Source: Gemmatimonadota bacterium
Lineage (GTDB): Bacteria; Gemmatimonadota; Gemmatimonadetes; Gemmatimonadales; Gemmatimonadaceae
Assembly: GCA_040388625.1 (NCBI GenBank)
Contig: JAZKBK010000005.1
Location: 159,478-223,477, forward strand
Direction of reading: 5' to 3'
Length of the DNA: 64,000 bases
The position numbers were made by a program, and so were the translations under genes. This document shows positions 23,522-31,125 of this stretch, in pieces. The notes under the pieces are model-generated. The model worked only from the letters and a program-made list of their open reading frames with translations. It did no database searches and was not told the origin of the DNA. How positions within the stretch are numbered: the first letter of the stretch is position 1; every line of letters begins with the position of its first letter.

Positions 23522-25411
23522 TCACTCAGTGGCTGTTTCGACTTCCTCGTCCAGGGGAGAGCAGAGCCACGCATACAACCCGACGGTGAAGATTGCACCG
23601 CCAAGCAGCATGAGCCACAGCTGCTCGTGCCAGATGAGGCCGATGAATGCGATGGTAATCCCAGCAGCGGTAATCAGCGGCTTGACCGTGCCTGCTGGTA
23701 CGTCGATCCCGAGCTCCGCGGCTGTTGATTCAGTCTCGTGCTGGTATGGCGCGGCGCCACTGGCGATCGGGTGGCCATTTCTGTCCCACAATGGATATCG
23801 TGACTCGATGGTCGGCACCACAGCGTAGTTATAGACTGGTGGCGGCGATAGCGTGGACCACTCGATCGTCGGTGCGCCCCATGGGTTGTTGCCTGCGATC
23901 GCCCCATGCCGGCGACTTCGCAGAACGTTGATCACGAAGATCAGCGTCGCTACGGCGATGATGTACGCGCCGATCGTCGATATCTGGTTGTCCAGCGTGA
24001 TCCCCTGTGCGGCGTCGTACGTATACACTCGCCTCGGCATCCCGTTGAGGCCGGCGAAGTGCATGGGGAAGAAGGCGAGGTTCGCCCCGATCAGCGTCAA
24101 CCAGAAATGCCATTTGCCGAGTGGCTCGTCGAGCAGGTGACCGGTCACCTTGGGGAAGTAGTAGTAGAAGCCCGCGAACAATCCCATCATTGTTCCGCCG
24201 AACAGCACGTAGTGAATGTGCGCGACGACAAAGTACGTGTCGGTTTGCTGCAGATCGGTAGGCGCCGATGCGTGCATGACACCGGAAATTCCGCCAATGG
24301 TGAACATCCCGACCAGCCCCAGCGCGAAGAGGCACGCGGTGGCGAAACGGATCGAGCCGCTCCATACGGTCCCCAGCCAGTTGAAGATCTTGATTCCTGT
24401 CGGGATCGCGATCAGCATCGACGTAACGCTGAAAGTCGCATCGGCGACCGGCCCCATGCCGACGGCGAACATGTGGTGCGCCCAGACACCGAACGCGAGA
24501 AATCCGATCAGTATCAACGAATACACCATCGCAGGATATCCGAACAGCGGCTTGCGCGCGAAGGTCGGCAGCACTTCAGAGACCAGGCCGAACGCCGGGA
24601 GAATCAGGATGTACACTTCCGGATGGCCGAACAGCCAGAACAGGTGCTGCCACAGCAGCGGGTCGCCACCGGCCGCGGGTTCGTAAAACTGCGTCCCGAA
24701 GAATCGGTCGAACAACAGAAATGTCAGCGCGACTGTCAGGACCGGAAACGAAACCAGAATCAGGAACTGAGTGACGAATGCTGACCACGTGAATACCGGC
24801 AGCCGCATCATGCGCATGCCGGGCGCACGCATGTTGATGATGGTCGTGATGAAGTTGAACGATGAGGCAAGCGTGGACAGTCCCAGGATCTGCAGTCCGA
24901 TCACATAGAAGTCCATGTTGAGGCCCGGATTGTACAACCGGGTGCTCAGCGGCGCATATCCGAACCATCCGCCGTTTGGCGCCGCGTTCCACAGCCAGCT
25001 CGCGTTGATGAAGAGTCCACCGAGCAGATAGACCCAGTAGCTGAACGCGTTGAGCCGCGGAAAGGCGACGTCGCGCGCGCCGATCTGAAGCGGGACCAGG
25101 ATGTTGAAGAAGGCCGCGCTCAACGGCATGAGAGCCATGAATATCATGGTCGTGCCGTGCATCGTGAATATCTGATTGTACAGCTCGGCGGACACCAGTC
25201 GACCATTTGGTCCAAAGAGCTGCGCGCGGATTACCAGCGCTTCGATTCCACCGAGCAGGAAGAACGTGAGCGAAGTGTAGAGGTACAGCTGGCCAATTCG
25301 CTTGTGGTCGGTGGTGGAGAGCCAACTCCAGATACCGCTTCGTTCTTTCCTTTCTACGTGCGGCGCACCATCCACAGACGTTCGTGGAGGAGCGGTCACC
25401 GTCGTTGCCAT
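23522..25411 (-). CDS. ctaD: haem-copper oxidase subunit I (A-type cytochrome c oxidase CtaD/CoxA), 14-TM form
   Basis: TTDHKRIGQLYLY, FWLFGHPEVYILILPAFG, WAHHMF and HYVLFGG motifs, plus a C-terminal extension with two extra helices. Start at MATTVTAPP (ATG 25411). Confidence 0.9.
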   Translation of the reverse strand: MATTVTAPPRTSVDGAPHVERKERSGIWSWLSTTDHKRIGQLYLYTSLTFFLLGGIEALVIRAQLFGPNGRLVSAELYNQIFTMHGTTMIFMALMPLSAAFFNILVPLQIGARDVAFPRLNAFSYWVYLLGGLFINASWLWNAAPNGGWFGYAPLSTRLYNPGLNMDFYVIGLQILGLSTLASSFNFITTIINMRAPGMRMMRLPVFTWSAFVTQFLILVSFPVLTVALTFLLFDRFFGTQFYEPAAGGDPLLWQHLFWLFGHPEVYILILPAFGLVSEVLPTFARKPLFGYPAMVYSLILIGFLAFGVWAHHMFAVGMGPVADATFSVTSMLIAIPTGIKIFNWLGTVWSGSIRFATACLFALGLVGMFTIGGISGVMHASAPTDLQQTDTYFVVAHIHYVLFGGTMMGLFAGFYYYFPKVTGHLLDEPLGKWHFWLTLIGANLAFFPMHFAGLNGMPRRVYTYDAAQGITLDNQISTIGAYIIAVATLIFVINVLRSRRHGAIAGNNPWGAPTIEWSTLSPPPVYNYAVVPTIESRYPLWDRNGHPIASGAAPYQHETESTAAELGIDVPAGTVKPLITAAGITIAFIGLIWHEQLWLMLLGGAIFTVGLYAWLCSPLDEEVETATE

Positions 25412-25541
25412 GCGTCCATCCCGTGTGCGAAATGGGCAGAGCTCGAAGTGGTGATGCACGGACCATTTCGGCAGTGCCTCCGACGCAGTCTAGGACGATG
25501 GACGGTCGCTTGATGTGACTTATGTCACGTTTCGCGAGTAC

Positions 25542-26264
25542 CTATCTCCCTTGAGCGCGCGCTCGCAGCTTTGCAACATCAGGAATCCGCATCCGCCCGC
25601 GCGGGAGCGATTCCACCAGCCCGGTGCGCTTCAACTGCCGCATCGCGCGTGAAACCGATTCCCGGGCGCTGCCTATCTCCATCGAGAGCTCTTCCTGCGT
25701 ACGATCGAGCTTGATCTCGATTCCGAACTGAGTGTGCGTGCCCGATCTTTCCGCATATCCGACGAGCAGCATCGCCAGCCGCGCGGCTACATCGTGGAAC
25801 GCAAGCGTCTCCGTCACGTGAACGAGGTGCCGGAGGCGCTTGCCGAGTGCGCGAATTATCGCCTGGGCTATGTCCGGATGCTCGCGGTACATCATTTCGA
25901 AATCATCACGCGCGAGAAACATCAGACGTGACGGCTCGACGGTAATCGCCGACGCGGGGTACGGGCCCCCGTCGAACAGTGGCAGCTCGGCGACAGGACG
26001 TCCGGGGCCCTCGATGTGCAGTACCTGCTCCTTGCCGTCCGGGCTCGTGCGATAGATACGCACTCGTCCCGACTGGATCACGTAGAGGCCGCGGCAGGTA
26101 TCGCCAGCGGTAAAGAGCACACGGCCGGCGCCGAAGTCGCGCGCGACACACCGGGCTGCGAGCTGGTGAATTGCCGAGTCTTCGAGTTCCGAGAAGATCG
26201 CCATCTGCCTGAGCAGATGGGTGATCCCGGTTGACGACTCGTCAGTCGATTTTTCCCGTATCAT
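25542..26264 (-). CDS. Crp/Fnr-family transcription regulator (no Fnr-type Cys cluster)
   Basis: cNMP-binding-like domain (GDTCRGLYVIQSGRVRIY) plus C-terminal HTH (TQEELSMEIGSARESVSRAMRQL). ATG 26264 overlaps the upstream stop as ATGA. Confidence 0.85.
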   Translation of the reverse strand: MIREKSTDESSTGITHLLRQMAIFSELEDSAIHQLAARCVARDFGAGRVLFTAGDTCRGLYVIQSGRVRIYRTSPDGKEQVLHIEGPGRPVAELPLFDGGPYPASAITVEPSRLMFLARDDFEMMYREHPDIAQAIIRALGKRLRHLVHVTETLAFHDVAARLAMLLVGYAERSGTHTQFGIEIKLDRTQEELSMEIGSARESVSRAMRQLKRTGLVESLPRGRMRIPDVAKLRARAQGR

Positions 26265-27040
26265 GGGGCGCCGATTCGGAGCGGCGACCACGATGGAGGA
26301 TCGCTGGCCGGGAAGCTGTCGATGGTGCTGTCACGGAATATTTCGCGCGTATCGTGCACACGACGTTGCTCGATCGCGCTGTCAAACAACGCACGGGTGG
26401 AGTCCGTGCAACTGTCTCCGACGCAGGTGAGCGGCGGTACCGAAACGATTCTGCGGTTCCGGACCCTGGCCATCGCGAGTGGCGTGCGCAGACGCGTGCC
26501 GTCCTGCAGCATCATGGTTGGCGTCCCGCGGACGTGATATTCCTCCCGACCGATCCTGCCCTCCTCGGCGACTGCGGCACGTGCGGCCGGACTGGCGAAG
26601 TCACGCTCGAATCGTGCGAAGTCGAGATCGGCAGCGCGTGCCAGCTCCAGCAACACACTGCGGTCGCCGATGTTGCGGCTCTCGCCGAAGAAGGCGCGCC
26701 GTACCGCGAGATCGAGACCCATGGCGATATTCATCCCCTGTTGCCGCGCTGCCCACACGGCTTCGAACGCCGGGAGAGTGGTCGCAGGCCAGTCAGGTGC
26801 AGTATAGGGGACGAAAGATGCGCCTGGCTCCTGTATCGCCGCGAGCCACCATTCCTGCTCCAGCACGTCGCGCGGGGGTGCCTCGTGATTGAACAGCTCC
26901 AGCGGGAAGAAACGCGTATATGCCAGAACGCGGCCGGCGTACTCCGGCTGAACGCGATGCACGCGGACAGCCATCACGTAGCACCAGGGGCAATAGTATT
27001 CAGCCCATTCCCACAATTCCGCGATCGATCGATCACTCAT
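26261..27040 (-). CDS. cytoplasmic DsbA/FrnE-like thioredoxin-fold oxidoreductase
   Basis: CPWC active site near the N-terminus (WAEYYCPWCYV) and no signal peptide. GGGAGG lies 8 nt upstream of ATG 27040. The C-terminal tail ends ...DSFPASDPPSWSPLRIGAP. Confidence 0.7.
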   Translation of the reverse strand: MSDRSIAELWEWAEYYCPWCYVMAVRVHRVQPEYAGRVLAYTRFFPLELFNHEAPPRDVLEQEWWLAAIQEPGASFVPYTAPDWPATTLPAFEAVWAARQQGMNIAMGLDLAVRRAFFGESRNIGDRSVLLELARAADLDFARFERDFASPAARAAVAEEGRIGREEYHVRGTPTMMLQDGTRLRTPLAMARVRNRRIVSVPPLTCVGDSCTDSTRALFDSAIEQRRVHDTREIFRDSTIDSFPASDPPSWSPLRIGAP

Positions 27041-27125
27041 CTGTGTGACCTCCCGTCCAGTTCTGAAGTGTGCGCTCTGAAATCTGCGTCCTACAGCGTG
27101 CGCCCCGGCGGTACTCGGTTGCGGT

Positions 27126-27141
27126 TGTGACAATAATCACG
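27126..27141. promoter_or_regulatory. CRP/FNR-type box TGTGA-N6-TCACG
   Basis: TGTGACAATAATCACG matches TGTGA-N6-TCACA at 9 of 10 positions. It lies 86-101 nt upstream of the dsbA-like/crp/ctaD operon and 113 nt upstream of the divergent DUF59 gene. Confidence 0.45.
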
Positions 27142-27253
27142 TTTCCACGTCCGGCACAGCGCGATCATTCAATCTATCAGATACGACGGGCAGAGGATGC
27201 AAACACGCCCTTTCGCAGACAATACACGTACTTGAGCAGACTGGAATACGCCG

Positions 27254-27565
27254 ATGGAGACACATAACGCAGCCGAAGGCGACATCTGGAACGCGCTACG
27301 TACCGTTATCGATCCGGAAATCGGTCTCGATATCGTTACGCTGGGCCTTGTATATGATGTCGCCGTCGGCACCGATTCCGCGGTGCCTGGCGAGACTATC
27401 CGCGTCACGCATACACTCACCACGCCCGGATGCCCCATGGAACGTATAATCACGTCCGGCATTCGCTCGGCGGTGGGTCGTGTTCCCGGTGTTGTGGCGG
27501 TGGAGACGAACCTGGTGTGGGATCCCATGTGGCACTCCGGGATGATCGCACCGGGTGCGTGGTGA
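27254..27565 (+). CDS. DUF59 (SufT/PaaD-like) Fe-S assembly family protein
   Basis: IWNALRTVIDPEIGLDIVTLGLVYDV...LTTPGCPM is the classic DUF59 signature. 103 aa. Confidence 0.85.
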   Translation: METHNAAEGDIWNALRTVIDPEIGLDIVTLGLVYDVAVGTDSAVPGETIRVTHTLTTPGCPMERIITSGIRSAVGRVPGVVAVETNLVWDPMWHSGMIAPGAW

Positions 27566-27584
27566 CGCTGATTACCCGGAGCAG

Positions 27585-27651
27585 CTGACAGAACCGCGCT
27601 CGCGCTGTTGCTGGCATCGGATGCCAGCGCTGCGAGCGGCGGTTCTGTCAG
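27585..27651. terminator. long nested hairpin between convergent genes
   Basis: Outer arms CTGACAGAACCGC / GCGGTTCTGTCAG (13 bp), inner arms GCTCGC/GCGAGC and GCTGGCATC/GATGCCAGC. The right arm contains the DUF3565 stop codon. Confidence 0.5.
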
Positions 27652-27884
27652 ATGATTCCAGCTTCGCGCGGGTCGCAGCACTTGACGCATTCGAGCGTCT
27701 TGCCCAGGAAAGTCGCGCGGCCCGATTCAGTCGTGACCCAGGTTCTGACCTGCCACGGTGGGTCGTGCCGCACGTGTTGTGTGTGCCCGCACTCGAGATC
27801 GGCGACCCAGTGGTTCTCTTCATCCTGATGGAATCCGATTATCCGTCTTGGAATCGCCGACCCCGCGCATGCATCCCGCTGCAT
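27648..27884 (-). CDS. DUF3565 domain protein (Cys/His-rich)
   Basis: IGFHQDEENHWVADLECGHTQHVRHDPPWQVRTWV matches the DUF3565 core; C-terminal CVKCC. It starts 31 nt downstream of nirK on the same strand. Confidence 0.75.
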   Translation of the reverse strand: MQRDACAGSAIPRRIIGFHQDEENHWVADLECGHTQHVRHDPPWQVRTWVTTESGRATFLGKTLECVKCCDPREAGII

Positions 27885-27915
27885 TACAAACTCCGTTGAT
27901 GTCCGTCGATGTCGC

Positions 27916-28935
27916 CTAGTGCGACATTGTGGTGAACTGCTTTGGTGTTCCGACCTGCACCATCCCGACCGCGCCCTTCTCGGCGTCGGCGAACGAGTGG
28001 GTCACGAAGGGATACAGACCTTCGCCACTCTCGTCCTTGTTGAACACCGCCTCGAACACTACTCCGCCACCGGCGGGCACCGGATAGGTCTGAACACCTT
28101 CCAGAGCGTGAGCCGGGTTACCGTCGGGATAGACACGATCGAATATCGCGCCGACGAGATGGAAGTCGCTGTTGAAGTTCGGTCCGGCGTTCACTACATA
28201 AAAACGTACTCTGTCGCCAACCGCAACCTTGAGCGGATGTTCCTTGTACTGGCTCGCGCGGCCGTTGAAGACAACGTAGCTCGCCTGCTTCGCGCGCTCG
28301 GCGTCCCAGTCAGCCTGGACCACGTTGCTGTCGGCAGTCGGCTTGGTGTAGAACTCGCTCTGCACGATTACGAATTCCTTGTCGGCCTTTGTGCCCCAGC
28401 CGTCGCGCGGATCCACGATGATCGGGAGATACATCCCCTGCATGATGTGCATGGTGACAGGCGGAGTTCCGCAGTGGACCATGAACGCTCCTGCGTCGCG
28501 CGCAACGAACTCGAATGCTACGGAGTCCCTGGGGAGTATCATTCGATATGCGACGTTCGCCGCGATCTGCGCGGCGTGAAAGTCGATCGAGTGCGGCATG
28601 TTGGATTCGTTGACGACGTTCACGCGAACCCGATCACCCTGCCGGACGTGTATTATCGGACCAGGCACGGTCCCGCCGAATGTCCATCCGTCGTACTTCA
28701 CGCCGTCCGCGATCTCGATCACGGCGTTCTTGATCGGGATGCGGTATTCCTTGATGCCAGCGTCGGACGCGTCGGTCAGACGCGCGTTGTACACTGGTGT
28801 GGTGGCGGTTACGACCTTGTCAAAATCGATATACTGCACCTTGTTCGCGCGGATCGCATTGTCGGTGAACCCCAGTACACCAGCTGTGAGGACACCAGTT
28901 ACGGCCAGCGCTGCAAGAATCTGTGTACGTGTCAT
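27916..28935 (-). CDS. nirK: copper-containing nitrite reductase NirK (compact two-cupredoxin-domain form)
   Basis: HSIDFH (T1 His, catalytic Asp, T2 His), VHCGTPPVTMHIMQGM (T2 His, T1 Cys, His, Met), FHLVG (catalytic His) and VTHSF (third T2 His). HC is not followed by His, so this is not a laccase. Confidence 0.75.
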   Translation of the reverse strand: MTRTQILAALAVTGVLTAGVLGFTDNAIRANKVQYIDFDKVVTATTPVYNARLTDASDAGIKEYRIPIKNAVIEIADGVKYDGWTFGGTVPGPIIHVRQGDRVRVNVVNESNMPHSIDFHAAQIAANVAYRMILPRDSVAFEFVARDAGAFMVHCGTPPVTMHIMQGMYLPIIVDPRDGWGTKADKEFVIVQSEFYTKPTADSNVVQADWDAERAKQASYVVFNGRASQYKEHPLKVAVGDRVRFYVVNAGPNFNSDFHLVGAIFDRVYPDGNPAHALEGVQTYPVPAGGGVVFEAVFNKDESGEGLYPFVTHSFADAEKGAVGMVQVGTPKQFTTMSH

Positions 28936-29030
28936 GATCTTCTCCGGATGATGCGAGATGTTCTGTTTCTCGCCTGCGGTTGTTCCGCATGTTGCATCGG
29001 GAAGCTAGGAGAAATATGGTATCCAATCTG

Positions 29031-29083
29031 TCGGGTTAAGCTGGAAATTCCCTGCGGGAATTGCCGTCCTGCGGGTAAAGGAA
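29031..29083 (-). promoter_or_regulatory. conserved upstream motif, copy 2, interrupted by a 26-nt segment containing a perfect palindrome
   Basis: TCGGGTTAAGCTGGAAAT ... GTAAAGGAA lies 96-148 nt upstream of the nirK ATG. The internal AATTCCC-TGC-GGGAATT sits at 29046..29062, and direct CCTGCGGG repeats sit at 29051 and 29068. Confidence 0.5.
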
Positions 29084-29179
29084 AGCCTTACCCGGAGTGG
29101 CCGCTGTAGGGGATTTCCGTACATATTTCGTTGTGGCTCCCCGACTTTGGAGAGTCTCCGACAGGGGTAGCTTTGACTC

Positions 29180-30448
29180 ATGGATGCGGCCGCAAAAGAG
29201 ACGGTGGAGCAGGGAGCCCGGCCGGAGGAGGAGATCCGTCCGGTGCCGCACGGCGCGCTGCTGACCCGGTTGGAGCGCGCCGATCAGTCCCCCCCGGGAT
29301 TCCAGGACCGAGACACGGACTTGGACGCCGATCTGACAGCGCGTCAGGCGGACGGGCAGGGTGTCCGCAGAGTCCCTCGCTGGATCGAGCGTCTGCTCCG
29401 CATCCCGCTGCCAGTGAAGCTTGTCGGCGCAAACGTCCTTCTGCTCGTCGTGGCGGCAACTACAGCGCTCGTGCTACGCCATCGCGAGCTGAGCACCGGC
29501 CCCGTCCTCGCGGTTGTGATCATCGCATATCTCGTCGCACTGCTGCTGAACACGGGGCTCGTCGTACTCGCGGTTCGGCCGCTTCGTGTACTCGAGAAAA
29601 CGGTGGACACGATCTGGCATGGTGATCTCGATGCACGGGTCCCGATATCCCTGCTCGCCGACAGACATGTCAGGCGTGTTGCGCGCATGTTCAACATTCT
29701 GCTCGATGGCCTCGTCGCGGACCGCGCACGCACGCGCCGCCTCGCCAGCGAGATCATCGACGCTGGCGACAGGGAGCGCGCCGCTATCTCACGCGAGTTG
29801 CACGATTCAGCCGCTCAGTCTCTCGCAGCGCTCGCGATGCAGCTCGGCGTCGCGGTCCGAAGCATCGACGACGCACCGCCCCACACGGTCCGCGAGCGCA
29901 TCGAAGGAGCTCGGACACTCGCAAACAGCACGCTGGAAGAAATACGCATGCTGGCGCATACGATGCACCCGCGCGTGCTCGACGATCTCGGCCTCATCGC
30001 AGCGCTCAAGCGCCTCGCGCGCGAGACGGCGGATCATTCCGCCAGCTACGCAACAGCGGGGAAGGCCGGGGCCATCGTCGTTGAAGTGCTGGCGACGGAA
30101 GGCAGCGACGATGCGCTGTCGGCACCTGTCAAGTCGGTGTTGTATCGTGTCGCGCAGGAAGCTGTGCAGAATGCGCGCCGGCACGCAGCGCCCAGACATA
30201 TCGAGATCCGTCTCGAGACCGGCGCGCGCTCCGTGATTCTGGAGATCGCAGATGACGGCCGCGGCTTCGATCTTGCCGCTAAGCAGCGCGAACAGACGGG
30301 CATTGGACTGTTCACGATGCGGGAACGCGTCGCCCTCGTCGACGGTGAGTTGCATGTCACAACCAGGCCGGGAGGCGGTACGTCCGTAGTTGCGTCGATA
30401 CCGTTGCACGATTCATCTTCAGAAGTTCAACGCGGAGCAGATACATGA
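29180..30448 (+). CDS. sensor histidine kinase, NarX/LiaS-like (HisKA_3 + HATPase_c), two TM helices with a minimal periplasmic loop, HAMP
   Basis: ERAAISRELHDSAAQSLAAL H-box and the GIGLFTMRERV G-box region. Confidence 0.85.
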   Translation: MDAAAKETVEQGARPEEEIRPVPHGALLTRLERADQSPPGFQDRDTDLDADLTARQADGQGVRRVPRWIERLLRIPLPVKLVGANVLLLVVAATTALVLRHRELSTGPVLAVVIIAYLVALLLNTGLVVLAVRPLRVLEKTVDTIWHGDLDARVPISLLADRHVRRVARMFNILLDGLVADRARTRRLASEIIDAGDRERAAISRELHDSAAQSLAALAMQLGVAVRSIDDAPPHTVRERIEGARTLANSTLEEIRMLAHTMHPRVLDDLGLIAALKRLARETADHSASYATAGKAGAIVVEVLATEGSDDALSAPVKSVLYRVAQEAVQNARRHAAPRHIEIRLETGARSVILEIADDGRGFDLAAKQREQTGIGLFTMRERVALVDGELHVTTRPGGGTSVVASIPLHDSSSEVQRGADT

Positions 30449-31104
30449 GCGCACCCACCATTCGCGTAATTCTCGCCGACGATCACGCCGTCGTCCGTGC
30501 AGGCCTCAGGGCGGTGCTCGGCGCCGCACCCGACATCGATGTGATCGGTGAAGCCTCCAATGGAGCCGAAGCCGTGCAGCTCGCCGACACTCTCGATCCC
30601 GACGTCGTTGTCATGGATCTGACGATGGATGGCATGGATGGCGCCACCGCAACACGCGAGATCGTCGCCAAGCATCTGCGCGCGCGCGTGCTCGTGCTGA
30701 CGATGCACGCCGAGGAGGACTATCTCATCCCCGTACTCGAAGCAGGGGCGGCGGGCTATCTGATGAAGAACGCCGCCGATCGCGAGCTGGTCGATGCCGT
30801 CCGCACCGTTGCAGGCGGCGACATGTTCATACGTCCAAGCGCCGCCAAGATTCTCGCGCAGGGCGTGACGAAGAAGGATCCGCTGAACGCCGACCGCACG
30901 CGCTTCGAGCGCCTGACCGATCGCGAACAGAACGTCCTGCGCCTGACGGCGCAGGGATATTCGGCACCGGAGATCGGCGAGCGGCTATTCATCAGTCCCA
31001 AGACAGTCGATACATACAAGCAACGCATAGGCGACAAGCTCGGACTCACTCACCGCGCCGAATACATCGCGTTCGCGCTGAAGCTGGGGTTGCTGACGGA
31101 ATAG
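30445..31104 (+). CDS. NarL/LuxR-family response regulator
   Basis: IRVILADDH...DVVVMDLTMDGMDG receiver plus C-terminal LTDREQNVLRLTAQGYSAPEIGERLFISPKTV HTH. ATGA overlap with the kinase stop. Confidence 0.9.
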   Translation: MSAPTIRVILADDHAVVRAGLRAVLGAAPDIDVIGEASNGAEAVQLADTLDPDVVVMDLTMDGMDGATATREIVAKHLRARVLVLTMHAEEDYLIPVLEAGAAGYLMKNAADRELVDAVRTVAGGDMFIRPSAAKILAQGVTKKDPLNADRTRFERLTDREQNVLRLTAQGYSAPEIGERLFISPKTVDTYKQRIGDKLGLTHRAEYIAFALKLGLLTE

Positions 31105-31125
31105 CACTCGTCATTCCTGCTCCCC

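Noticed and set aside
23522-25411. Orphan haem-copper oxidase as a novel nitric-oxide reductase family
   Set aside because: The active site and proton-channel residues are those of canonical A-type O2 reductases (GHPEVY with Glu and Tyr, HH, N-terminal Asp). Nothing in the sequence argues for NOR chemistry.
27919-29109. 396-aa + strand ORF
   Set aside because: It is an antisense shadow of nirK, whose copper-ligand motifs identify the true frame.
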